Shown here piece after piece: positions 1 to 12,163 of a DNA stretch of 64,000 nt. The notes beneath the pieces were generated by a model that worked only from the letters and a program-made list of their open reading frames with translations, ran no database searches and was not told where the DNA came from. The stretch lies in NCBI RefSeq assembly GCF_009914755.1, contig NC_060935.1. One strand, 5' to 3'. A program made the translations under genes and the position numbers. The DNA is from the human T2T-CHM13v2.0 reference genome, Homo sapiens. Position 1 is the stretch's first letter. Every line of letters starts with the position of its first letter.

Positions 1-81
1 TGAGGAATTGCATTCCTTTGGAGGAGGAGAGGTGCTCTGCTTTTTAGAGTTTCCAGTTTTTCTGCTCTGTGTTTTCCCCAT
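1..81 (-). pseudogene. L1 ORF1p N-terminus (partial, runs off the window)
   Basis: Minus-strand ATG at 81-79 translates MGKTQSRKTGNSKKQSTSPPPKECNSS, the L1PA ORF1 start. Intactness beyond the edge cannot be seen. Confidence 0.9.
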
Positions 82-664
82 CTTTGTGGTTTTATCTACT
101 TTTGGTCTTTGATGATGGTGATGTACAGATGGGTTTTTGGTGTGGATGTCCTTTCTGTTTGTTAGTTTTCTTTCTAACAGACAGGACCCTCAGCTGCAGG
201 TCTGTTGGGGTTTGCTAGAGGTCCACTCCAGACCCTGTTTGCCTGGGTATCAGCAGCAGCAGCTGCAGAACAGCAGATTTTCCTGAACCGCGAATGCTGC
301 TGTCTGATCGTTCCTCTGGAAGTTTTGTCTCAGAGGAGTACACAGCCATGTGAGGTGTCAGTCTGCCCCTACTGGGGGGTGCCTCCCAGTTAGGCTGCTC
401 AGGGGTCAGGGGTCAGGGACCCACTTGAGGAGGCAATCTGCCCATTCTCAGATCTCCAGCTGCGTGCTGGGAGAACCACTGCTCTCTTCAAAGCTGTCAC
501 ACAGGGACATTTAAGTCTGCAGAGGTTACTGCTGTCTTTTTGTTTGTCTGTGCCCTGCCCCCAAAGGTGGAGCCTACAGAGGCAGGCAGGCCCCCTTGAG
601 CTGTGGTGGGCTCCACCCAGTTTGAGCTTCCCCGCTGCTTTGTTTACCTAAGCAAGCCTGGGCA

Positions 665-805
665 ATGGTGGGTGCCACTCCCCCAGCCTCACTGCCGCCT
701 TGCAGTTTGATCTCAGACTGCTGTGCTAGCAGTCAGCGAGATTCCATGAGTGTAGGATCCTCTGAGCCATGTGCAGTGTATCATCTCCTGGTGTGCCGTT
801 TTTAA
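665..805 (+). pseudogene. L1 antisense ORF0 homologue, prematurely stopped (46 aa)
   Basis: ATG at 665 gives MVGATPPASLPPCSLISDCCASSQRDSMSVGSSEPCAVYHLLVCRF*, matching the N-terminus of primate L1 ORF0 (MAGAPPPASLPPCSLISDCCAS...). Confidence 0.85.
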
Positions 806-1117
806 GGCTGTCGGAAAAGCGCAGTATTCGGGTGGGAGTGACCTGATTTTCCAGGTGCCATCTGTCACCCGTTTCTTTGACTAGGAAAGGGAACTCCCTG
901 ACCCCTTATGCTTCCCCAGTGAGGCAATGCCTCACCCTGCTTTGGCTCATGCACAGTGCGCTGCACCCACTGTCCTGCGCCCACTGTCTGGCACTCCCTA
1001 GTGAGATGAACCCGTTACCTCAGATGGAAATGCAGAAATCACCCGTTTTCTGCATCGCTCATGCTGGGAGCTGTAGACTAGAGCTGTTCCTATTCGGCCA
1101 CCTTGGCTGCCTCCTCC

Positions 1118-1420
1118 TGTTTCCTGACTTTTTAATGATCGCTATTCTAAGTGGTGTGAGATGATATCTCACTGTGGTTTTGATTTGCATTTCTCTGATG
1201 GCCAGTGATGATGAGCATTTTTTCATGTGTCTATTGGCTACATAAATGTCTTCTTTTGAGAAGTGTCTGTTCATATCCTTCACCCACTTTTTGATGGGGT
1301 TTTTTTTGTTGTTGTAAATTTGTTTGAGTTCTTTGTAGATTCTGGATATGAGCTCTTTGTCAGATGAGTAGATTGCAAAAATTTTCTCCCATTCTGTAGG
1401 TTGCTTGTTCACTCTGATGT
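1118..1420 (-). mobile_element. L1PA ORF2 3' segment (host interrupted by the younger L1 at 1-1117)
   Basis: ORF 1059..1430 reads [20 protein letters not shown]...[18 protein letters not shown], the ORF2p C-terminal region. Confidence 0.92.
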
Positions 1421-2280
1421 AGAGACACAAAAAAACCTACATAACATCAATGAAACCAGGAGCTGGTTTTTTTAAAGATCAACAAATTTGATTGACCACT
1501 AGCAAGACTAATAAATAAGAAAGGAGAGAAGAATCAAATAGTCACAGTAAAAAATGACAAAGGGGATATCACCACCTATCCCACAGAAATACAAACTACC
1601 ATCAGAGAATACTATAAACACCTCTATGCAAATAAACTAGAAAATCTAGACGAAATGGATAAATTCCTGGACACATACACCCTCCCAAGACTAAACCAGG
1701 AGGAAGTTGAATCTCTTAATAGACCAATAACAGGCTCTCAAATTGAGGCAATAATTAATAGCTTACCAAGCAAAAAAAGCCCAGGACTAGATGGATTCAC
1801 AATGGACTTCTACCAGAGGTACAAGGAGGAACTGGTACCATATCTTCTGAAACTATTGCAATCAATAGAAAAAGAGGGAATCCTCCCTAACTCATTTTAT
1901 GAGGCCAGCATCATCCTGATACCAAAGCCTGGTAGAGACCCAACAAAAAAAGAGAATTTTAGACCAATATCCCTGATGAACATCAATGCAAAAATCCTCA
2001 ATAAAATACTGGCAAACCAAATCCAGCAGCATATCAAAAAGCTTATTCACCATGATCAAGTGGGCTTCATCCCTGGGATGCAAGGCCTGTTCAACATATG
2101 CAAATCAATAAACAGAACCAAAGACAAAAACCACATAATTATCTCAATAGATGCAGTAAAGGCCTTCAACAAAATTCAACAGCGCTTTGTGCTAAAAACT
2201 CTCAATAAGTTAGGTATTGATGGGATGTATCTAAAAATAATAAGAGCTATTTATGACAAACCCACAGTCCATATCATACA
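1421..2280 (+). mobile_element. L1PA ORF2 middle segment, inverted relative to 1118-1420
   Basis: ORF 1655..2287 reads [17 protein letters not shown]...KSPGLDGF...NFRPISLMN...[10 protein letters not shown], the Z domain and start of RT. Confidence 0.93.
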
Positions 2281-2539
2281 GAAATAAAACTCTTAACCTA
2301 TACTCTTCATTCTCTGTCTGGGTACATAGAAACAGAAGACAGATCACAAATATTTGGAAAGAGAATCCTGCTTTAATGTGGATTTACTATCTGAGAGATG
2401 AAGTGGATTCAGGTTCAAGAGAACAAATAGTTTAGGGTAACTGTAGAGAAAATAATGAGTTGCAGAGAAAAACAACTCAGAATATAGGGTTTGTATGTAC
2501 CATTGGGATGGGGTTGTATGCTTAAAGAATGTGGCTCAA

Positions 2540-2840
2540 GGCCAGGTACTGTGGCTCACACCTGTAATTCCAGTATTTTGGAAGGCTAAATCAGGAGATT
2601 ACTTAAGCTCAGGAGTTTGAGGCCAGCCTGAGTAACATACCGAGATCCCATCTCTACAAAGACTAAAAATGATTAGCCATTAGTGGTGATGCACTTCTGT
2701 AGTCCTAGCTACTTGGGAGACTGAGGTAGGAGGATGGCCTGAGCCCAAGAGGTTGAGGATGCAGTGAGCCACGATCACACCACTGCGCTCCAGCCTTAGT
2801 AAAAGAGACCCTGTCTCAAAAATAAAAAATAAAAAAAAAA
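2540..2840 (+). mobile_element. Alu (old, AluJ-like)
   Basis: GGCCAGGTACTGTGGCTCACACCTGTAAT start, dimeric body and A-rich tail. Confidence 0.93.
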
Positions 2841-2877
2841 TGGGGCTTGAGCCACTGGGATAATCTTTTTTATAGAA

Positions 2878-5178
2878 TGTGCATACCTGAGAGATATGAT
2901 AGGCATGATTCAAGACCACAACAATAACGCAAATATCACAATAAAGTGAATCATATTTTTTTATATTTCCAGTTTATATAAAAATTATGTTTACACTATA
3001 CTCCACTTTATGAAGAGTTCAATAGCATTATGTCTGAAAAAAACAAGGTACATGCCATAATTAAAAATTGTTTATTGCTAAAAAATATTAGTAATCATCT
3101 TACCCTACAGCAAATTATAAGTATCTTGCTAGTGGTGGGTCTTGCCTCAATGTAGCTGGATGTAGACTGATCTTGGTGGTGGTTGCTGAAGGTTAGGGTG
3201 GCTGTGGCAATTTCTTAAAATAAGACAACAATGAAGTTTGCTGCACTAACTCTTCATTTCCCAAAAATAATTCTCTGTAGAATGTGATGCTGTCTGATAG
3301 CATTTTACCCACAGTAGAACTTATTTCAAAATTGGAGTCAATCATCTCAAAACTTGCTGCTGCTTTGTCAACTAAGTTTACATAATATTCTAAACCATTT
3401 GTTCTCATTTCAACAATATTCACAGCATCTTCACCAGGGGAAGAGTTCATATCAAGAAACTACATTTTGTGCTCATCCTTATCTGTTTAAGTTTGGTCAT
3501 GACATTCTATCGCTTATATCTTCAGGCTCAACTTCTAATTTTAATTCTCTTGCTATTTCCACCACATCTGTGGTGACTTCCTCCACTGAAGTCTTGAATC
3601 CCTCAAATTCATCCATGAGGTTTAAAATCAATTTTCTTTCAAATTGTTGTTAATATTAACATTTTTACCTACTCCCATGAATCAAAGATGTTCTTAATGG
3701 CATCTAGAATGATGATGTTTTTTCTCAAGGTTTTCAATGGACTCACCCAAATCCATCAGAGGAATCACTATCTAATGTAGTTGTAGCGTTATGGAATGTA
3801 TTATAATAAGAATTGAAAGTCAAAATGACTCCTTGATACGTGGGCTGCAGAATGGATGTTGGGTTAGCAGGCATAAAAACAACATTAATATCCTTGAACA
3901 TTTCTATCAGAGTTCTTTGGTACCCAGTTGCATTGTTAATGAACAGTAATATTTTGAAAATAATATATATTTTTGAGCAGTAGGTCTCCACAGTGGGCCT
4001 AAAGTATTCAGTAAATCATACTAGAAAAGAGGTGCTGTCATTCAGGCTTTGCTTTTCCATATGTAGGGCACAAACAGAGTACATTTAGTGTAATTCATAA
4101 GGGCTATGGGCTTTTTTGGAGTGGCAAATGAGTACTGGCTTCAATTTAATGTCACCAGCTGCATTTAGCACCTAACAAGAGAGTCACCTTGTCCTTTGAA
4201 GCTTTGAAGCTTTGAAGCCAGACATGGACATTGCCTCTCTCAAAATGCATGTCCCAGATGGCCTCCTCTTCCAATAGAAAGCTGTTTTGTCTACATTAAA
4301 TATCTATTGTTCCATGCAGCAACCTCCATCCATTAGCTAGAGTTCTTGGGTAACTTACTGTAACTTCTATATCAGAACTTGCTACTTCACCTTGCACTTT
4401 TGTTATAGAGACAGCTTCTTTCCTTAAACCTCATGAACCAAGTTCTGCCACATTCAAATTTTCCTTTTGCAACTTATTAACCTCTCTCAGCCTTCACAGA
4501 AATGAAGAGAATTATGGCCTTGCTCTGGAATAGGCTTTGGCTTAAGGTAATGCTGTGTATGATTTGATATTCTATTTGAACCACTGGAACTTTCAACATG
4601 TTAGTAATAAGCGGTTTCTGATTATTTGCATGTTCACTGAAGTAACACTTTTAATTCCCTTCAATAACTTTTTATTCTACATTCACAACTTGGCTAAATG
4701 TTTGGTGTAAGAGGCCTAGCTTTCAGCCTATTTTGGCTTTAGATACACCTTCCTTACTAAACTTAATTATTTCTAGCTTTTGATATAAAGTGAGAGACAT
4801 TCAATTCTTTCTTTCACTTGAACAAGTAGGGGCCATCATAACATTATAAACTGACCTAATTTTAATGTTGTTGTTTCTCAGGGAATAGGAAGGGCCAAGG
4901 AGAGGAAGAGAGTCAGGGAAATGGCTGGCTGGTGGAGCAGACAGAACACATGCAATTTAGTTTACCAATTAACTTCACAATCTTATAAAGTCATGGTTCA
5001 TGGTGCCTTAAAGCAATTACAATAGTAACAAAGATCACTAATTAAAGATCACCATAACAGGTATTATAATAATAATAAAAAATTTGAAATATTGTTAGAA
5101 TAACTAAGTGGATTTGTAAAAAGTACCTATACAAGTGAAGCTCAATAAAGTGAAGCATAATAAAGCAAGGTATGCCTG
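2878..5178 (-). mobile_element. Tigger1 (pogo/Tc1-mariner DNA transposon), near full length, decayed transposase
   Basis: TIR remnants GCATACCT at about 2881 and AGGTATGCCTG at 5168-5178. Minus ORF 3743..3991 ([12 protein letters not shown]...[27 protein letters not shown]) matches the pogo DDE core, and ORF 3193..3450 ([16 protein letters not shown]) matches the C-terminus. Confidence 0.92.
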
Positions 5179-5199
5179 CAATTTGTACTGAAGACATTA

Positions 5200-6511
5200 A
5201 TTTATTATTTAATTTTTATTGATGCATAATAGATGCACAATTTGTTGGGTACATGTGATAATTTGATACATTTATATAATTTGTAGAGATCAAATCATTA
5301 TAATTGTATATAACAACATTATATAATTATAAAGATCAAATCAACATAATTTGTAATTTACATTCTCCATCATAGTGCACCTTAAATCTTTGCCTGTTCT
5401 TAAATTAGAAACATTTAAATTATTATCTTCTAACTATCTTGATACTTACAATATATTATTGTTAACTACAGTTACCCTATTGGTTCATCAAGCACTAGGT
5501 TTTATTTTATCTATGAAACTGTATGTTTGTACCCATTAATCAACCTGTCTTCTCTTCTTTCCCCCTACCTTTCCTGGCCTCTGGCAACCACTATTATGCT
5601 GTCTATCTTCAAGAGATCTGCTTTTTTAGCTTCCTCATAAGAGTGAGAACATGTCTGCCCTTGGCTTTTTTCACTTAATGAAATCCAGTTTCCACATGTT
5701 TCAGCAAATAACAGGGTTTCATTGTTTGAGGCTGAGTAATATTCCATTGTATACTCCATTTTCATTATCCATTCATTCATTGATGAACCCTAAGGTTGAC
5801 TCCATATTTTGGCTATTTTAAAGAGTGCTGCAATAAACATAGAAGTGCAGGTATCTATTCAATATACTGATTTCATTTATGTTAGGTGTATACCAGGCGG
5901 TTGGATTGCCAAATCATATGGTAGTTCTGCTTTTAGGTTTATGAAGAACCTCCGTACAGTTGTCCATAGTGGTTATACTAATTTACATAACCCACCATAG
6001 TACAAAGGTTTTCCTTTCTCCAAATTCTCACTTGTTATTTCCATTCTTTTTGATAAAAGCAATTTTAACTGGGGTAAGGTCATATCTCATTGTGGTTATG
6101 ATCTGCATTTCTCTGATGTTTAGTGACATTGATTCTTTCATATACCTGGTAGCCATTTGTATATCTGCTTTTGAGAAAAGTCTTTTCAGATTATTTACAC
6201 ATATTGTAATTAGATTTTTATGCTTTTATTTTTTACTATTGAGTAGTTTCAGTTCCTTATATATTCCTTATTAATCCCTTGTCAGATGAATAGTTTGCAA
6301 TATTTTTTTCTCATTCAATAAGTTGTCTTTCTAGTTTGTTGATTTTCTGTGCAGAAACTGTTTAGCTTGATGCAATTTTGTTTCCATTTTTGCTTTTGTT
6401 CCCTATGTTTTTCAGGTCTTATTCAAAAAATGTTTTGCCAGACGAATGTCTTGCAGCATTTCTCCAATGTTTTCTTCTAGCAGTTTCATAGTTTCTGATC
6501 TTACATGTAAG
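5200..6511 (-). mobile_element. L1MA-type LINE-1 3' fragment
   Basis: T-rich tail, L1MA-like 3' UTR (GGGTACATGTGATAATTTGATACA) and decayed ORF2 end (MEYYSA...). Confidence 0.85.
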
Positions 6512-7567
6512 CTGTTTCAGAATAGCCTGTCTTGAGGCCATGTGGATTCAAATTGTCCCAAAGCATTATTTTTAGGAGAAGTAACATTAACTGGGACTAC
6601 ATTTTCTGATGAAAATTCTTCTTATCATCTTTCTGGGGAACTGTGGAGCCACAAGATATCAAAGTGGGCAGTTAAGACAAAGAACAAAATCAAAATTTGC
6701 AATCAAACCTTTATGTATTTAAAGCCAGAGTATAAGCAAGATGAAATAAAGAGGTTTCAGCTCTGCAATTTTTTATATCTCCCATGGAACTTCATCTGGT
6801 GGGGTCAGGTAAACAGCAACACCTGGGGGAAATAATAGACCAAACATGATCTGTAGTCCAAGAATGTCCTGGGCTCTTTGCTGGAAGTATCAGATCCTAG
6901 GCAGTATTTTTAGCATTAGCCAAGGTCTGACAGGTGAGACAATTTTTCATCCTGTTTCAGCATTTTCTAATGGCAATGGCAATCATGTGTGTAGGCCCAG
7001 TCTAGGTGGTGTCTGAATCCTTAGGAGACTTCCTCTTGCTGATCTAGGAATTAATTAGTTGCACATATGCTTGATCTGGGATGGAAAACAATTCAGTTTC
7101 TGCATTTTACTGACAAGAGTGTTCTGTTTTTTGGTTTTGTTCCTTTTCATCAGTGTAGGGGCTTTTTCTGGTAAGTATTCACAGGGTAACAAAAAGCTTA
7201 TCTGGAGCAGAAACCATTTTTTATCTAAATGCCTCATCCCAATGGAGTGGCTTGATTTATAGCCAGTCTGAGGCTTGCCCCTGGACCTACTAAACAGTCA
7301 GACCATAAGCCATAGTCCATGGATTAGTGAAAATGCAGCATGGCTCACTGTAGGGTGGCTTGGATAGTTATTCATATCATATGAAACTCTGCTTATTGTT
7401 TTGAACATGCTTTACTGTGCTCTGTAAGTGACACATCTGTCTCAAGTAGGATTATTTTGAGAAGAGAATAGCACTAGGTAACATTAGTCAGGTTGCTTCA
7501 TAGTATTCCACATTCCCTACTAATATGGCCCTAAATTATAGCAATTCTCTCAGGACTTGGGGGCAAG
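6512..7567 (-). mobile_element. Ancient ERVL-class internal (pol, RNase H) fragment without LTRs
   Basis: Manual minus-strand translation of about 7410-7240 gives SKQ*AEFHMI*ITIQA, then a frameshift, then EPCCIFTNPWTMAYGLTV**...DWL. This resembles ERVL RNase H motifs SxQWAEL and (F/Y)TDSWAVANGL. Outer boundaries are inferred from the flanking L1s. Confidence 0.55.
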
Positions 7568-7589
7568 ATTATTACTGTTATTACTGTTT

Positions 7590-10500
7590 TATTACTATTG
7601 AGTATTTGAGCTCCCTATATATTCTGGTTATTAATTCTAGATGAATCAGATTGGTAGTTTGCAAATATTTTCTCCCATTTTGCATGTTGTCTCTTAATTT
7701 TGTTGATTATTTCCTTTGTTGTGTGGAAGTTTTTTATCTTGATGTAATCCCAATTTGTCTATTTTTTCTTTAGTTACTTGTGTTTTGAAGTCACACTCAA
7801 AAGATCTTTGCCCAGAATAATGTCCTACATTATTTCCCCAAAGTTGTATTCTAGTAATTTTGTAGTTTCAGGTCTTTATTTATTTAATTCAATTTCATTT
7901 GATTGTTTTGCATATGGTAAGAGACAGAGGTCTGGTTTCATTCTTCTGCAACTGGTTACCCAGTTTTCCCAAGAACACTTATTGAAGAGGCTATCTTTTC
8001 CCCACTATATATCCTTGGAACCTGTACCAAAAGTGAGTTTACTATAACTGTGTGGATTTATTTCTGTGTTCTCCATTAATTTCCATTGGCGTATGTGTCT
8101 GTCTTTATGACAGTACCATGCAATTTGGTTACTGTAGCTTTGTAGTATATTTTAAAATCACTTAGTTTGATGTGTTCAGATTTGTTCTTTTTGCTCAGAA
8201 TTGTTTTGGCTATCTAGTCTTTTGTCATTCTACATACATTTTAGAATTTATTTTTCTACTTCTGCAAAAATTGTCATTGATATTTTGACAGAAATTGCAT
8301 AGAATCTGTAAATTTAATTTGGCAGAATTGTCACTTTAACAATATTAATTATTTCAATTCATAAGCCTGTAATATATTTTCTTTTTTGGTATTCTTTTCA
8401 ATTTCTCAATTTCTCTCATCAGTGTTTTATAGTTTTGCTTATATACATCTTTCATTTCTTTGGTTAAATTGATTCCTAGGCATTTTATATTCTTTATAGC
8501 TACTGTATATGAGATTACTTACTAGATTCCTTTTTCAAATTGTTCACTGTTGACATATCTAAATGCTACTGATTTTTGTATGTTGCTTTTATATTCTTCA
8601 AATTAATGAAATTTGTTTATCAGTGCCAACAGATTTTATTTGTTTATGTTTTTTTTATGGAGTCTTTAAGTTTTTCTAGGTATAAGATCATGTCATTTTC
8701 AAAAAGGGCTAATTTGGCTTCTTTCCTTCCAATTTGAATGCCCTTTCTTTCTCTTGCTTAATTGTTCTGGCCAGGACTTCCAGTAGTATGTTGCAGAAGT
8801 GTGATAAAAGTGAACATCATTGTCTTGTTCCAGATCTTGGAGGAAAGGATTTCAAATTTTTTTTCCTGTTCAGTACGATATTAGTCATGGCTTTGTCATA
8901 TTGGTCTTTATTATTATGAGGTATTTCCTTCTATTACACTAGTTTGTCGAAAAAATCTTTTTAGTCACAAAGGGATGTTGAATTTTATCCAATGTTTTCA
9001 CAGCTTCTATTGAAATAATTGTATGTTTTTTGTTCTTAAACCTGTTAATGTGATTTGTCATGTTTATTGATTTGCGTATGTTGAACAATCCTTATACTCC
9101 TGGAATGAATCACACTTGATCACAGAGAATGATATTTTTAATGTGCTATTGAATTCCATTTGCTATTATTTTGTTGAGAATTTCTGCATCTATGTTTATC
9201 ATTGATATTAATCTGCAGTTTTCTTTTTTTGTTGCATCACTATCTGGTTTTGGCATCAGGGTAATGCTAACCTCATAGAATGCATTTTAAAGTATTTCTT
9301 CTTCTTTAATTTTTTTCCAGTAATGTCAATAGAATTAATAATAGTTTTTAAAAAATATTTGGCAGATTTTAGCAGTGAAGCCATCGTGTCCTGGGCTTTT
9401 CTTTGATAGAAGACTTTTTATCCATGCTTTGATTTCATTATTCATTCCAGGTTTATGGAAGTTTTTTTAAATATCCGTGCTATTATTATATTATGGTTTA
9501 TCTATTCCATTAACTATTAATGCTTGCTTTATATACTTGGGAGCTCCAGTGTTGTGTGCATAGATATTTATTATTGTTATATTCTCATGATAAATTGACT
9601 GCTTTATTTTTATGTAGTGACATTCTTCATCTCTATTTTCAGTATTTTATTTGTAGTCTGTTTTATCTGATATAAATATAGCTACTTCTGATTTTTCTGG
9701 TCTGTATTTATATAGAATATCTTTTCTGTCCTTTCACTTCCTTTTTCTGTGTGTCTTTATGGGAGATGTCAGCTTCTCATAGGCACTATATAGTTGGGTC
9801 TTGTTTCTTAATCCATTCAGCCACTTTATCTCTTTTAATTGAACAATTGAGTACAATTATATTCAGTGTTATTATTGATGAGGAAAAACTTACTACTGCT
9901 GTTTTGTTGCCACTTATCTGAATGTTTCATAGCTTCTCTCTTTCTTCCTTTTTTTCAGTCTTACATTTGCCTAAGTAATTTTTATGGTAGTATGTTTTAT
10001 TTCATTACATTTTTTATTTTTAGTGAATCTATTATGTTTTTGTACTGGGGTTACGATGAGTCTTGCAAAAAATCTTTTAGATATAACTCGTTATTTTAAA
10101 GAGATTATAACTTCTCTTAGATCACAAAGAAAATATAAAAAAATGACAATAGAATAAAAGAAAAAGAAACATCTACAATTTAACTCCATCCCCTCACCAT
10201 GTTTTGACTTTTTGTTGTCTCAATTTACACATTTTTATATTGTGTATTGCTTCTCGGGTTGTTGTAGGTATTTTTTTTCATAGATTTGTCTTTTAAACTT
10301 CATACTACGATTATGAGTGGATTGCACACCACAATTACAGTGTTAGAGTATTCTGGGTTTTCTGTGTATATTTTACCAATGGTTTTTATACCATATGTTT
10401 TGTTTTTGCATGCTAGTGGTTCTTTTTCATCGGATTGAAGAAATTCACTCAGAATTTCTTATGAGACAGAGCTGGTGTTAGTGAATTCTCTCAGTTTGTT

Positions 10501-12163
10501 TTTTTTAATTTTTGGTCTGGGAAATAGTTTATATCTCCATATTTGAAGAACAGCTCTGCTGAAAACAGCATGCTTGGATGGCATTTTTTTTTCCTTTCAG
10601 TACTTTAAAAATGTTGTTCCATTCTCTTCTGACTTATATACTTTCTATTTAGAAGTCTCTTGCCAAACAAAGTAGAGCTCCTTTACATGTTATTCGCTTA
10701 TTTTCCCCTGCTGCTTTTAGGGTCCTGTCTTTGCCACTGGCCTTTCAGAGTTTGATCATTGTGTCTTATGTTGGTTTTATTGAGGTTGAAACTGTCGTGT
10801 GTTTTCTGACCTTCCTGTACCTACATATTTATCTCTTTCTCGAGTTTTTGATTATTTTCTGTGGTTATTTGTTTGAATAAGCTTTATATTTCTTCCTTAC
10901 TCTTGTTCTACTCACTTTTAAACAATAATTTTTAGATTTCATCTATTGAGGTAATTTTTTATATATTATAGATAATCTTTGTTTCTTTTCATTCTTTTTT
11001 CTTTTTCCTTCTCTGATTACATTTTCAAATAGCCTGTCTTTTAGGTCATTAATTATTTCCTCTGCTTTATCCAGTCTGCTGTTGTCTCTAATGCATTTTT
11101 CAGTTTGTCAAATCTATTTATTTCAAGATTCCTGTTTGTTTGTTTTTATTATTTCAATCTTTTCATTAATTTCTGTGATTATTAATTTCTGAGTTGCTTC
11201 TCTGTGTTATCTTCAAGGTCACTGAGTTTCCTTAAAACTGTTATTTTGAATTCTTCATCAGGGAGCTAATAACATATTGCCATCTTGTTAGGGTCAGTTA
11301 CTGTTTCTAGTTTTGTCAGTTTAAGGAGGTCATGGTTTTCTGTTTGCATTGTTTCTTGTGAATGTACATCTAGTCTTTGCATTGAAAGTGTTTGCATTAT
11401 TTATTTATTCTAGTCTTCTCTATCTGGTTTTTTTTTTAATGTTTGCTTGGAGATTTTTATTTACCTGTTGGTTACTTTTTTCTATAAGATCACTGCCTCC
11501 TCATTGGCATTTGATGATGCTTTAGGCTGAGCTGTGCCTCAGTTCTAGAAAAAAAAAAAATCAGAGTGTTATCTGTCCCAGTTGGAGATGTCTCAAAGGG
11601 GATATCACAGTAGTGTGGGAGGGCTGGCTAGGGGTTTGTGGCCAGGGGACCTGTGGAACACACCTTCTACAGTGTGGTGCTGCTTTGGCATCTCCTTTCA
11701 CCAAGTTAGAGCAGAGTTTCCAGGGCTGGGGATGGTGGTCTTCCTTTCCCTTTTGTCTCTGGATGTCCTCAAGGATATTTATCTCTGTAGGCACTCCAAA
11801 TGCTTCCCTTGAGTGAAGAAAAGGATAGGTCTGCTGCCAGGGAACTAAAAATGGTGGGGAAGTTACTTGTCCACCTCAATCTCACTTCTTATTTAGTGTA
11901 GAAACTAAGAGTCTGGGGAAATTTTTCCAGGTCCTTTGTGCTGCACATATTGGGGACAGGGACATCGTGGATATAAAAGTCCAATTTTCTTATCATTTGC
12001 TTGGAGGTTTTTCACTTCTGTGTGGTCAGGAAACTCTCCCATCGTCATGTTTGTGTTCTGCAACACTACTGGTGATAATCTCACCACGGTATGTTTGCTT
12101 CTGATTTCCCATTAGGGTGGGTGATGAATCCTTTTCGGCCAACATTTTTGAACTGGACATCCC
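7590..12163 (-). mobile_element. Old L1M element (ORF2, ORF1 and 5' region, with internal deletions)
   Basis: Continuous antisense L1 text, e.g. CACTTATTGAAGAGGCTATCTTTTCCCCA, TTGTCTTGTTCCAGATCTT and GCAGTGAAGCCATC. A GC-richer 5' UTR-like part lies at 11560-12163. Confidence 0.85.

Larger units (their letters stand above)
1..1117 (-). mobile_element. LINE-1 (L1PA3-PA5-like) 5' UTR and start of ORF1; element continues off the left edge
   Basis: 1081-1117 GAGCTGTTCCTATTCGGCCACCTTGGCTGCCTCCTCC is the reverse complement of the L1PA 5' terminus. The UTR is about 1035 bp and includes the segment absent from L1HS/L1PA2. Confidence 0.95.

Noticed and set aside
877-1164. 95-aa ORF as a novel gene
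   Set aside because: It starts at a non-ATG codon and is the antisense reading of the L1 5' UTR running across an insertion junction.
1655-2287. 210-aa ORF as a functional reverse transcriptase gene
   Set aside because: It is a fragment of L1 ORF2 in a truncated, inverted copy, lacking the endonuclease and the catalytic FADD motif.
6240-7870. L1 pieces 5200-6511 and 7590-12163 as one element split by an ERV
   Set aside because: They overlap by about 270 bp of consensus with many differences, and the intervening ERV has no LTRs or TSD. Two independent L1s fit better.
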